Source of the DNA: Rickettsiales bacterium | Lineage (GTDB): Bacteria > Pseudomonadota > Alphaproteobacteria > Rs-D84 | Assembly: GCA_031262525.1 (NCBI GenBank) | Contig: JAISHM010000006.1 | Location: forward strand, 7,880-71,879 | DNA: 64,000 nucleotides | Reading direction: 5' to 3' | Part shown: in pieces, positions 28,920 to 43,497 of the stretch | Layout of the letters: each line of letters starts with the position of its first letter | Numbering within the stretch: position 1 is the stretch's first letter | Made by a program: the position numbers and the translations under genes | Notes under the pieces: model-generated | The model's input: the letters and a program-made list of their open reading frames with translations, nothing else | What the model was told of the DNA's origin: nothing | The model's database searches: none

Positions 28920-31454
28920 ATGAAATTGCAAGAGAGAGAATATATGAAGTCGTCTTCACAACATATTGCTATTTTCTGCGTGTTAGCAGTGATTTTATCA
29001 CTGGTAATCGCATGGCTGATTGTGCCCCCATTATTTAATATGAATGGATTGCGTCCGTATTTTGCACAAACTATTATGAACCAGACCGGTACCCCAATAA
29101 AAATAAATGGCAAAATTCATATCAGCACGATTGGTAGAATCAGTGTGGTTGCGCATGATATAACAACACAAAACGGGACCATAGAGTCGGTATCTTTTTC
29201 TATCCCAATGTCAAAAATTTTTGATATAAGAAATGCACCTGTATCTGGGGATATTTATGTTCGTGGCGCAAATATGGAAATAGAAAATTTGACCCCCATA
29301 CGAATAAATCAAAAAATAAACATTTCTGATTCAGTTATAAATTTTATGGGAATGAATTATCATATTCTGAATGGAACACTTGAAAACGGCAGTTTTTCTG
29401 GTGGTGTTCGCACAGACCAACATAAATATGTTGTAAATTCCAATGGTTCGGAATTTTTTGTTATAAACAAGAATGAGGGGTTATCCATAAACGGAACTTT
29501 TCTATCAAACGGCGGTGTGCATGCAACACTTAAAATAGACACAGATGATGTAAATACTTGGTTTAATTTTTTCGAGCCTGATATTTGGGAACATGTGAAT
29601 ATGAGTATGAATATTGACTGGGACGGGAAATATGGATTTGTATTTTCTGATATTACTGGAAATGTTGGTGGGGATGATTTCAATGGACGCATAGTTTTAC
29701 CAGAAAATGGAATTCGCGAAATGTCTTTTTCTTCGGATTCTATTGACTTTGACCTGAATTTTTTGCGGACGCAAAAATTATTCTTGAAAAATGCTTCGTT
29801 GGATTTAGACCTGAATGGAAATTTGCGTTTTAATAATAAGTTTTTTAATTATGTTCGGTTGCACGCGGTTGGCGATGACAAGACCGAAAAAATTAAAAGT
29901 TTGGAATTTGGTGGCGCAAAAATCAGCGGAAAAATCAGCGGGGAAATTTTATCAAATGGTGATGAAAACCTAAATCTGGAATTTTCACGCGCAGGCGCCG
30001 ATGTTTATTGTAAATTACGCAAAACAAAGAATCTGTGGGCGTGTGATGAATATAAATACAAAGACAAAGAAATATCAGCCGTTGGAACATTGGTTGTGGA
30101 TTCTGAAAAATTTTCTGGGACGATGACATCTGAAAATGATATGCCGCGTGATTTTAATTTTGTAAAATTTACAGAATTTACAAAAACTGATGGTGAAATT
30201 ATTTTCCGTTTTCGTAATATGGGTGGAATTGCAAAAATACAAAAGAATAAAGTCAGTATTACTTATAATTTTGTAAATGATACGAATCTGAATTGGTTGT
30301 ATCCAAACAAATTTCCTTTTCTGCCAAACCAAATGACTGATGAACTGGGTGATATTGTTATTGGCGGAGATGATATTTCTTTTTTACCAAAATCAAAAAA
30401 GTGGGAACTGACAACATCTGGGAATTATTTTTATTTAACAGGGGACAGCGTAATCAGTTTTATAAAAAACTTTGCGCCGGGCGCAGATTTAAGTTTTCTA
30501 AATGATTTTAGTTTCGAAATGTCTGGTAATTTTAATAAAACATCAATATCTGATTTAGAATTACGAATTGCAAATCATATATTTCGTGGTCGCGTGTCTG
30601 ATAATAATTTAACACTGATAACCGAAACACTGGATATGGATATTTTCGCAAATAAAAATTATTTTACAAAATATGATGAAAATCAGTTTTTACATAATGC
30701 ACCAATTTTAATCCCATTTGATTTTACCAATATAAAAATTTCTCTGTCGGCTGGTTCTGTTATGTTCAGCGGGGAAAAGTATGAAAATTTTATATGGACA
30801 TTGGCAAATAACCAAATGAATTTTTCAATCAGCGATACAACGCGTGGCAGTGTCCTGGCCACAATAATAAAAAACAAATTTAATTATGATATTTCTGTGC
30901 GGTTAAATCGTTTTGCATTTACCAGAAAATTATTACCAGAAACAATGCCGTTAAATATAACCGAATCAGTGGCAACCGGTGATGCAAAAATTTCCAGCAA
31001 TGGACGAATTGCGTATGATTTTTGGAATAATATGTCGGGTCCTGTGAATTTGACTTTTGATGGGGGAAAACTGATTGGAATCGGCACGGATTATTTGTAT
31101 GCGAATGCATTAAATTTAACGCCGGTAAATACAGATGATATTTTAACAACTGCTTTGTCTGGTGGCACAACAATAATAAAAAGTATGAACTTTTCTGGTG
31201 AGTATAAGGGTGGAAAATTTATAACTACATCTCCATTAAAAATCATTGCGCGTTTTGCAACAATCACTGGGGATTTGGAGATAGATGACAATAAAATGAC
31301 TGCTAACTTAAAAGTTTTGTTCAATGGTATATCGCCGTCTCCATCGTCAATACCGATGTCGATATTTTCCGATGGGACGCGCGATTATTCATTTGATAAT
31401 ATATTGGTAAATTTCAGTAGTGATTATCTGATAAAATTTATGAACAAATCATAA
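28920..31454 (+). CDS. AsmA-family-like envelope protein
   Basis: About 840 aa. N-terminal membrane anchor [20 protein letters not shown] is followed by a long beta-rich region, as in AsmA/TamB-like proteins. The alternative start is 28944. Confidence 0.5.
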   Translation: MKLQEREYMKSSSQHIAIFCVLAVILSLVIAWLIVPPLFNMNGLRPYFAQTIMNQTGTPIKINGKIHISTIGRISVVAHDITTQNGTIESVSFSIPMSKIFDIRNAPVSGDIYVRGANMEIENLTPIRINQKINISDSVINFMGMNYHILNGTLENGSFSGGVRTDQHKYVVNSNGSEFFVINKNEGLSINGTFLSNGGVHATLKIDTDDVNTWFNFFEPDIWEHVNMSMNIDWDGKYGFVFSDITGNVGGDDFNGRIVLPENGIREMSFSSDSIDFDLNFLRTQKLFLKNASLDLDLNGNLRFNNKFFNYVRLHAVGDDKTEKIKSLEFGGAKISGKISGEILSNGDENLNLEFSRAGADVYCKLRKTKNLWACDEYKYKDKEISAVGTLVVDSEKFSGTMTSENDMPRDFNFVKFTEFTKTDGEIIFRFRNMGGIAKIQKNKVSITYNFVNDTNLNWLYPNKFPFLPNQMTDELGDIVIGGDDISFLPKSKKWELTTSGNYFYLTGDSVISFIKNFAPGADLSFLNDFSFEMSGNFNKTSISDLELRIANHIFRGRVSDNNLTLITETLDMDIFANKNYFTKYDENQFLHNAPILIPFDFTNIKISLSAGSVMFSGEKYENFIWTLANNQMNFSISDTTRGSVLATIIKNKFNYDISVRLNRFAFTRKLLPETMPLNITESVATGDAKISSNGRIAYDFWNNMSGPVNLTFDGGKLIGIGTDYLYANALNLTPVNTDDILTTALSGGTTIIKSMNFSGEYKGGKFITTSPLKIIARFATITGDLEIDDNKMTANLKVLFNGISPSPSSIPMSIFSDGTRDYSFDNILVNFSSDYLIKFMNKS

Positions 31455-31462
31455 ATGCAAAA

Positions 31463-32449
31463 TTATAATTCTGTTGGTAATGACATTCCTCTGGCTTCTA
31501 TGTATATGCGTTCCGAGCCTGTACCCTTTCTGATTTCTAGATAGGTATTGGTCATATTTCCGTTATTTACTGCTATATATGTTGATACCTCACCGGATGC
31601 TGTTCCTGTTGTTTCCCGTGTTATATTTACATGATAATTAGCATCTGCGAATGGCATTGGAAATGTCCAACCAAGTTTTGTATGTGTTGTGCTATTAAAC
31701 CTTATACCTTGTTCAACCCATCCAGATTTATATCTGCGATACCAAACATAACCACTGGTGGTATTAGATGCAGATGTTTTAACAACATAATCTATGTATT
31801 CATTGGATAATGTTGGTGATTTTGATACAATCAGGTTTGTATCAACAGGTTCGTGTAATTCATCTTTGGTGGCATAGTTTGTTAAATCTGGTATATCGGC
31901 GGAAAGAGTTTCACCATTCATGGTAAGTCCGGTGCCTATTTTAACACATCCCTTTACAGATGCACTGGCGGTAGGGATATTAAATTCGGCAATTGCGGTT
32001 GCGGCTGCCAAAATATCCTGGGGCATACCCAGTTTTTCCCAATCTGAAAAATTATTTAATTTATTACGAAATTCTTTGACCAATTCCACCAAATAATTAA
32101 AATCGGTATTCAGATGATTTGGTTGAATCATACCTGCTTGTGGATAACAAATTGGACGAGTTAAAGATAATTCGCGGTATATTTTGATTATCGTCCCTGA
32201 CGCTGGGGCATTGTTAAAAACAATCCTTCCCCCCCAATTTGATATAATCCCAATATCATTTGCAGCGCGTTGTTCTTCTGATTCGTATTCTGGCTCGGTT
32301 GTTGATTTTTGGACAGAATAATTGTCCAAGGTCTGTAAAATTCCATCAATGGAAATTTTTATATCTGATTCTTGGAACCATTGAAAATTAAAATTGTATT
32401 CGTGTGTCTGCCCGTCCCCTGAAAAGGTTATTTGATTTGTGTTTTCCAT
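31463..32449 (-). CDS. phage tail fibre-like protein (orphan)
   Basis: 328 aa. The N-terminus ITFSGDGQTHEYNFNFQWFQESDIKISIDG fits the tail-fibre N-domain pattern. ASVKGCVKIGTGLTMNGETLS is a fibre repeat. The C-terminus GYVWYRRYKSGWVEQG...FPMPFADANYHVNIT is like gp53-type tail-fibre tips. Confidence 0.6.
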   Translation of the reverse strand: MENTNQITFSGDGQTHEYNFNFQWFQESDIKISIDGILQTLDNYSVQKSTTEPEYESEEQRAANDIGIISNWGGRIVFNNAPASGTIIKIYRELSLTRPICYPQAGMIQPNHLNTDFNYLVELVKEFRNKLNNFSDWEKLGMPQDILAAATAIAEFNIPTASASVKGCVKIGTGLTMNGETLSADIPDLTNYATKDELHEPVDTNLIVSKSPTLSNEYIDYVVKTSASNTTSGYVWYRRYKSGWVEQGIRFNSTTHTKLGWTFPMPFADANYHVNITRETTGTASGEVSTYIAVNNGNMTNTYLEIRKGTGSERIYIEARGMSLPTEL

Positions 32450-32487
32450 GATATTTTCTCTTTGGGTTGTTAAATTTTTTATATATG

Positions 32488-32511
32488 GTCATACTAGTAT
32501 GCTAGTATGAC
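32488..32511. promoter_or_regulatory. operator-like palindrome upstream of the tail-fibre gene
   Basis: GTCATACTAG-TATG-CTAGTATGAC has perfect 10-bp inverted arms and also contains a CTAGTATG tandem direct repeat. It lies 39 bp upstream of the start codon at 32449. Confidence 0.35.
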
Positions 32512-32721
32512 TATATGGTTATAAATTTGGTAATGATTGTAAATTTTAGTTATTAAAAATAAAAAAAATCGCGAAGTGCGACCATTTTTTTGTTTGTATC
32601 AGTATATCAAAAACAGCAACAAAAATCAAGATATTTTTATTTCGCAGTGCAAAACCCAACACGTATAGAACCCTTCGTTGCGCGTTGCGCAACTTTTACG
32701 GGTTCTCATCTCCTGAATCCG

Positions 32722-32752
32722 ACACAAAAATAAAATCGGGACACGCCCGATT
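32722..32752 (-). terminator. rho-independent terminator after tRNA-Lys
   Basis: On the minus strand, ATCGGGCGTGTCCCGAT hairpin followed by TTTTATTTTT. Confidence 0.7.
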
Positions 32753-32759
32753 TAATTTT

Positions 32760-32836
32760 TGGTGGGGTTGCAGGGATTCGAACCCTGGACCCAATGATTA
32801 AAAGTCATTTGCTCTAGCCAACTGAGCTACAACCCC
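32760..32836 (-). tRNA. tRNA-Lys (TTT)
   Basis: GGGGTTG/CAACCCC acceptor, GCTC/GAGC D-stem, AATGA/TCATT anticodon stem, loop CTTTTAA, CAGGG/CCCTG T-stem, TTCGAAT, encoded ACCA. Confidence 0.9.
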
Positions 32837-32955
32837 AAACGCCGCTTATTATAACTGATTTTTCTTGTGTTTCAAGTGTTTTTTTATAATTGCTTATTTT
32901 TACCCCAGATGATAAAATCCAAATGTTCAATATATGATAATAAAAGGAATAAACT

Positions 32956-37519
<4,564 letters not shown>

Positions 37520-37523
<4 letters not shown>

Positions 37524-38404
37524 TGCACCCCGTCGCCGATACGATTCCATCTGAACTTTTTCGCCCAATCCCATACATATAACATCGGCGAAAAATAATT
37601 ATGCGAATACCAAATAAACCAAACGCGCCCCATCAGATATTCACGTGGAACAAAACCAACATCGGCGCGGCTGTCTGCGGACCAATCGCGGTCATCGCCC
37701 ATCATAAAATAATGCCCATCTGGCACAGAAAATAATTTTGTGTTGTCATACATTTCGTTGTCTCCACGTTCAACGATTTGATGTTCGGTTCCGTTTGGTA
37801 AAACTTCGGTCCATTCGGTCAATTCGTCCAGACCGCCACTCATACAGATTGCAGACATTTCACATTCGCGCCGTGATTTATATTCAATTGTATAATTAAA
37901 GTTTGCGGGCGCGTCATTTACGAATAATTTGTTTCCACGAATTGAAATATCGTTTTTATAAAATCCTGTGCGACGAATATCCGTTGGCAGATGTGCAATA
38001 ATATAACGGGTGGGATTTTTACGCACAATTTGTTTCCCATTTATATACAGGCGTCCGCCATTCATTTGTATTTTGTCGCCTGGCATTCCAACCAAACGCT
38101 TTACATAGTCCAGTGATTCATTCGCAGGATTGCGGAATACAATTATATCACCCATTTTTGGGTCGTCGCCAAAAATTCGCCCATTCCATAAATGCCAAGA
38201 ACCAAATGGAAAAGAATAACGCGAATATCCATACGACCATTTTTTTATAAAGATATGGTCGCCAACTTGCAGTGTGGGAATCATACTGCCCGATGGGATA
38301 TTAAAAGGTTCAATCAAAACACTGCGAAAACAGATGGCAATCAGTCCCGCCCAAAACAAAGTATTTATCCATTCTTTTGCTGAATTTGTATGTTTTTTTG
38401 CCAT
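37520..38404 (-). CDS. lepB: signal peptidase I
   Basis: SGSMIPTL catalytic Ser box, VKRLVGMPGD, and GDDRDWSADSR. Confidence 0.9.
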
Positions 38405-38473
38405 TTGATTTAATGTCCTTTTTTGGGTATATTATACCTTGAAAACAATTCGCGCAAGGGATAATATAAAATT

Positions 38474-39991
38474 ATGATTTCATTAAACTCTTTGATATTT
38501 AACGGGCTGGACGCGATACCAATCCAGATTCAGGTCCAGATGACATCAGGTATGTCGGAACAGAATTTTTTTCTGATTGGGTTGCCGGACCGCGCGGTTC
38601 GTGAATCACAAATGCGGGTGCGAAATGCGCTGTCGTCGTTAAACATTGCATTACCAAATAAGAAATTGACAATCAACCTGGCGCCCAGTGATATTGAAAA
38701 ATCTGGTGCGCATTTTGATATGCCGATTTTGTGTGGCATTTTATGCGCGTTGGGGATTCTGCCCGAAGAAGAATTATCAAAATATGTTATTATGGGAGAG
38801 GTCGGATTGGACGGCGCAGTTCTGAAAACGAATGGAATTTTACCGGCCAGCGTTTGGGCAAATCAAAATGGAATGGGAATAATTTGTCCAGCGGCAAACG
38901 GGGCCGAAGCGCGCTGGGCTGGATTTGATAAAATACTGGCTCCGTCTCATATTTTGGATTTAATAAATCATTTTCGTGGGACCCAGGTTTTACCTGTGCC
39001 GAATACCACATCGCCAAAACAAAATAATTCGTCGGCGGGTGATATGTCCGAAATTTATGGGCAGGATAGTGCAAAGCGTGCGCTGGAAATTGCGGCGGCG
39101 GGCGGGCACGCAATGCTGATGATGGGACCGCCCGGGTCGGGGAAAACTATGTTGGCTTCGCGCCTTTCCGGGATTTTACCAGAAATGACGCCGGCGGAAA
39201 TTTTGGAATCTTCGATGATTTATTCTGTGGCGGGACAACTTGACGCACAAAGTTTGGTATCAACGCGCCCGTTTCGCGCTGTGCATCATACGGCATCTGC
39301 GGTTGCGTTGGCCGGGGGTGGAACGGACGCAAAGCCAGGTGAAATTTCGTTGTCACATTTAGGGATTTTGTTTTTGGACGAGTTGCCAGAATTTCAAAGG
39401 GCAACCTTGGAAATTTTGCGCCAGCCGATGGAAAGCGGAAAAATTATGATTTCTCGTGCAAAGCGGGTGGCGACTTATCCAGCAAAATTTCAACTGATTG
39501 CCGCGATGAATCCGTGTCCGTGTGGTCATTTGGGAAATCCAAAAATGGCGTGTTCGCGCGCACCACGTTGTGCCGAAGCGTATCAAAATAAAATCAGTGG
39601 CCCCCTGTTAGACCGCATAGATTTACATGTTGATGTAGATAGCGTAAATCCCTGGGATATGAAGGCGGATGATGGCGCACATCGCGAATCCAGCGCGGAT
39701 ATTCGTGCGCGAGTGGTCGCAGCGCGAAAACGGCAATTAGGGCGCCAGGGAAAAATAAACGCTCACTTAGACGGGGCGGAATTGGACAGGGTTGTAAATT
39801 TAACATCTGAACTGACGGACTTTCTGAATAATGCAGCGGAACAAATGGGAATGTCGGCGCGTGGATATCAAAGGATAAAACGCATTGCGCGGACAATTGC
39901 AGACTTGCGCGGTGGGGACGATGTGATAATGGATGACTTGGTAGAGGCGATTTCATATCGCCCGATTAAACGCGGAAAATATGGGGTATAA
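38474..39991 (+). CDS. YifB/ComM-family Mg-chelatase-like AAA ATPase
   Basis: 505 aa with an N-terminal Lon-protease-like domain, GPPGSGKTMLA Walker A, and LFLDELPEF Walker B. Confidence 0.85.
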   Translation: MISLNSLIFNGLDAIPIQIQVQMTSGMSEQNFFLIGLPDRAVRESQMRVRNALSSLNIALPNKKLTINLAPSDIEKSGAHFDMPILCGILCALGILPEEELSKYVIMGEVGLDGAVLKTNGILPASVWANQNGMGIICPAANGAEARWAGFDKILAPSHILDLINHFRGTQVLPVPNTTSPKQNNSSAGDMSEIYGQDSAKRALEIAAAGGHAMLMMGPPGSGKTMLASRLSGILPEMTPAEILESSMIYSVAGQLDAQSLVSTRPFRAVHHTASAVALAGGGTDAKPGEISLSHLGILFLDELPEFQRATLEILRQPMESGKIMISRAKRVATYPAKFQLIAAMNPCPCGHLGNPKMACSRAPRCAEAYQNKISGPLLDRIDLHVDVDSVNPWDMKADDGAHRESSADIRARVVAARKRQLGRQGKINAHLDGAELDRVVNLTSELTDFLNNAAEQMGMSARGYQRIKRIARTIADLRGGDDVIMDDLVEAISYRPIKRGKYGV

Positions 39992-39994
39992 AAA

Positions 39995-40609
39995 ATGGGT
40001 ATAGATTATAAATTTAATAATATGGATTTATATGAATTGGCGCTGACTCAATCGGGCGCGAACGCAAAAAATAATAACGAGCGCTTGGAATTTATTGGCG
40101 ACCGCGTTTTGGGTTTGTCGGTGGCGGCGATGTTGTATGAAATATTCGGTAATGAAAGGGAAGGGGATTTGGCGCGACGACACGCTGTTTTGGTTTCAAC
40201 TGATACCTTGGCGAATGTTGCAAAATCACTGGGGCTGGATACGAAAATTCGTCATGGTCATATGACAGGCGGGCGAAAAAATCATATGATTGCGAACGCG
40301 ATGGAGGCGGTTATCGGCGCAATTTTTCTGGATGGGGGTTTTGACGCGGCGCGTAATTTTATTGTTAAAATATGGGGCGATTTGGCGACCAGTGATTTAA
40401 CTCCACCAAAAGATGCCAAAACCGCACTGCAAGAATTTGTGCAAAAAAATAATTCTGGGGCATTACCAGAATACACAGCATATACAGAAAAAAATGGATT
40501 CCGGGTCAGTGTTATCGCAATGGGAAAATCTGCATTTGGAAATGGCGCAACAAAAAAAGAAGCGTCAATAAATGCCGCAGAAAAATTATTACAGGAATTG
40601 CAAAGTTGA
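39995..40609 (+). CDS. rnc: ribonuclease III
   Basis: NERLEFIGDRVLGL signature, AMEAVIGAIFLDGG, and a C-terminal dsRBD (GATKKEASINAAEKLL). Confidence 0.9.
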   Translation: MGIDYKFNNMDLYELALTQSGANAKNNNERLEFIGDRVLGLSVAAMLYEIFGNEREGDLARRHAVLVSTDTLANVAKSLGLDTKIRHGHMTGGRKNHMIANAMEAVIGAIFLDGGFDAARNFIVKIWGDLATSDLTPPKDAKTALQEFVQKNNSGALPEYTAYTEKNGFRVSVIAMGKSAFGNGATKKEASINAAEKLLQELQS

Positions 40610-41676
40610 AAAAAATTATTACAATTTTTTTTATTGTTTTTGTGATACCTGTATTTGCGGCGCCGTCTGATTTAGCGAGTGTCCAAAAACAAATCCTTGC
40701 TACCGAGGTGCAAAATAAAAAACTGGAAAAACAGGTCGCGGTCAGCGACAGAGAAGTTGAAAAAACAAAAAAACAATTGGTTGGCGCAGCGTCAAAACTG
40801 GATAAAATTGAAAGCGAGCGCGGAACTATTTTGGAAAAAATTTCCGACTTGGATTCGCGTCGCGATAAATTGTTGTTGGCGGTGAATGCGGGCGCGGGCG
40901 CAATGGATGATGCGGCAGCCGCCATGGCAATTATGACGCGCAATCCAGGGTCCGCGGCGGATTCTGCGCGTGATTATGTTTTAACATCTGTTTTATTATC
41001 TGGGGTGTCCGATGGATTTGACGCGGAAATTACCAGTATGCAATCCAAAATAAAAGAGTTGGAAAAAGTTTTAGAGCAACGAAAATCACAACAAAAGAAG
41101 TTGGATAAGACCGCAAAAAAATATGCGCAAGATAAATCTTATCTGGATAAACTGATGCGGACGCGCAGCGCGCAAAACGAAAAATTAAAATCACGACAAT
41201 ATGAATTACAACAAAAATTACGCAATTTATCAGCGCGCGCAAAAAACCTGTCGGAATTGACCGCGGGAATTTCAGACAAAGAGGTGTCCAGCGACGACTC
41301 TTTTTCATGGCGTAAAATGCGCAGTCCAGTGCGTGGCATAATGTTGCGGCGGTTTGGAGAAAAATCGCCACTGGGGCTGGTGTCGGACGGGTGGTTGATT
41401 AAAACGCGCAGTGATGCGTTGGTATCTGCGCCTGCGGACGGCACAATTGAGTTTTCAGATAACTTTAAGAAAAATGGACGTGTGATAATAATTTCTCATA
41501 AAAATTCGTATTATTCGGTTTTGACGGGTCTGGCGTCCAGTGATGTTTTGGTTGGGCAAAATGTTTTGGCGGGGGAGCCAATTGGAAGAATGCCAGATGG
41601 TCGCGCGGAAATGTATCTGGAATTGCGCCGCGGCGCGCGCGCAATTGACCCAGCGCGATTGTTTAACGAACCATAA
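40606..41676 (+). CDS. M23/LytM-domain protein with coiled coil (EnvC-like murein hydrolase activator)
   Basis: Signal peptide, long coiled-coil region, and C-terminal LytM domain (APADGTIEFS...VIIISH...GEPIG...LYLELRRG..AIDP). The TTG start overlaps the rnc stop. Confidence 0.7.
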   Translation: MKKIITIFFIVFVIPVFAAPSDLASVQKQILATEVQNKKLEKQVAVSDREVEKTKKQLVGAASKLDKIESERGTILEKISDLDSRRDKLLLAVNAGAGAMDDAAAAMAIMTRNPGSAADSARDYVLTSVLLSGVSDGFDAEITSMQSKIKELEKVLEQRKSQQKKLDKTAKKYAQDKSYLDKLMRTRSAQNEKLKSRQYELQQKLRNLSARAKNLSELTAGISDKEVSSDDSFSWRKMRSPVRGIMLRRFGEKSPLGLVSDGWLIKTRSDALVSAPADGTIEFSDNFKKNGRVIIISHKNSYYSVLTGLASSDVLVGQNVLAGEPIGRMPDGRAEMYLELRRGARAIDPARLFNEP

Positions 41677-41688
41677 AAAAGAGATAAA

Positions 41689-42042
41689 ATGAAATTATCA
41701 AAAAAACTGATTATTGCGCATCGCGGGGCGTCCGGCACATATCCTGAAAACACTTTGGCTGCGTTTCGCGCTGCAAAAGAACTGGGGGCAGATGGTATAG
41801 AATTATATGCAAATGACCCCCAGGTTCCTGCTGTGTTAAGGTTTGGGTGGGGGCGATTTATACACAATCCAGATATTATGAAACCATACTATAAAAATAT
41901 ACAAAATCGTAAAAGTTTATCGGGAAAAAAACCAATGCTGGCATGGACAATTGACGATGAAAAAGTTGCAAAAGATTTATTTGATAAAAATATAACTGGT
42001 GTTATAACAAATTTTCCAAAGAAAATCTTAAATACAAGATAA
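41689..42042 (+). pseudogene. glycerophosphodiester phosphodiesterase remnant (internal deletion)
   Basis: The N-terminus LIIAHRGASGTYPENTLAAFRAAKELGADGIEL and C-terminus MLAWTIDDEKVAKDLFDKNITGVITNFP match the two ends of the GDPD fold. Only 117 aa remain, and the central barrel of about 120 aa is missing. Confidence 0.55.
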
Positions 42043-42110
42043 AAAATTGTGCCGTATCTGGTGATAGCGATTAGTATTGACAAATAATATAGTAATGTTA
42101 TGATAGGGGT

Positions 42111-42715
42111 ATGTCGCAAATATCAGAATCTGAATTGATTACAAATCGTGATGTATTGAATAAATACAAAAACGAGATTGATTTTCGCAAGGTAAATGAA
42201 TTTGCGGAAAATTTTAGACTATTTTCACTTGTAAAGGGGCAGTGTTCATAAAAAATCGTAACACATCTATTAGTAATGTATTCAGGTATAACGATATATC
42301 TGGGCATGATAAAGAATCAACAATAAAAACAATGTCCCGCATTTTGATGAATTATAAACTGAATGCAAGCTATAAACTCGTATGTTTATTTCCACCCAAA
42401 CGAGATATTGGAAACGCAATGGCAAATTATTATTCTTATGGAAGGATTGAATTTGAACACCAATCAGTATCAAACAGCGATTTTAATTCTGTGATTAAAA
42501 CAATAGTCCATGAAATATCTCATTATTTCCAAGATTATGGAAAAACAACTCTGCCAGATAATGTATGTAAAAATTGTATTAAACATTATCTGACAATAGA
42601 TGAAGATAACGAATTGTATTAGAATAACCCAATTGAATACGAGGCGCGAACAATCGCAGAAATTGTCAGTAAAGATTGGTTAAATTCACTTAGACAATAT
42701 ATTATAGGTGGGTAA
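42111..42715 (+). pseudogene. putative HExxH zinc-metallopeptidase-like gene, disrupted (frameshift near 42218-42251 and in-frame TAG at 42620)
   Basis: A 46-codon ATG ORF (42111-42251) overlaps the open part of ORF 42242-42622, which carries IVHEISHYF. After the TAG the frame stays open for 30 more codons (NNPIEYEARTIAEIV...), giving an HExxH...E.EA arrangement like ImmA/IrrE-type peptidases. Confidence 0.35.
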
Positions 42716-42720
42716 GTTTT

Positions 42721-43413
42721 TTACTCTTTCGTTTTGGCGTGAAATCTTATAGATGCGTGTGCGCCATTGCAAAATGGTTTGTTCGCGGATGCGCCACAAC
42801 GACACAGCGTTTGTTTTTGCCGAACTTCATACGATTTCCCGTCCGCAGATTCAACGCGAATTCCACCACGAATCCAAAGCGGGCCACTGATTTTTAATCC
42901 ATTATCTTCAATCGTATGAATTTGTGGTTCGCTATTTTCTTCCAGTAAATTACCCGCATTTGTAAACATCATCAAGCGACCGGCTGGGCATAAATTTGCT
43001 TCTTCGGTCGCCAGTTTGTTGGACGCCTCGTCCCCGCGCATTACCAGATTCCATATTCGTCCGCCGCGGTCGCAAAACCGCGCAAACGCACAATAGTTTT
43101 GATTATCCAATAATGTTTGTTTTGGACCACGAATTGCCTCGGCAGATGGTTGTCGCATAATTGGTTCAAAACTAGCGGTTTCCGTCCCATCAAATTTTGC
43201 GTCTATGTGCGACCCATCACAAAAAGGTGCATTTTTTGATTTGCCGCAACGACAGAGCGCGACGGGGTCGGATTTAATTTCAAAACTTTTACCATCACCG
43301 TATTTTATAGAAACCCCATTTTCATCGGTTAAAATAATTTTCTCTGTAATTTTGGATGCGCCGAATAACAGGTATGGTCCGTCTTTGGTGATTTTTATAT
43401 ATGGCATATTCAT
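42721..43413 (-). CDS. CDGSH iron-sulfur domain protein (two CDGSH motifs)
   Basis: CRCGKSKNAPFCDGSH and CRCGASANKPFCNGAH motifs in a 230 aa protein. Confidence 0.75.
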   Translation of the reverse strand: MNMPYIKITKDGPYLLFGASKITEKIILTDENGVSIKYGDGKSFEIKSDPVALCRCGKSKNAPFCDGSHIDAKFDGTETASFEPIMRQPSAEAIRGPKQTLLDNQNYCAFARFCDRGGRIWNLVMRGDEASNKLATEEANLCPAGRLMMFTNAGNLLEENSEPQIHTIEDNGLKISGPLWIRGGIRVESADGKSYEVRQKQTLCRCGASANKPFCNGAHASIRFHAKTKE

Positions 43414-43497
43414 AATAAATCCTTTTTGTTATAATAACACTATAATACATTTTTTCATTTTTCTGAAATAGGATTTTTTATGGTATAATAAAACATT

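Noticed and set aside
28916-29113. 66-aa N-terminal extension of uvrB in the ORF track.
   Set aside because: The extension is hydrophobic and unlike UvrB. The conserved UvrB N-terminus begins at MNYIKLV (28915), and the extension overlaps the divergent AsmA-like gene.
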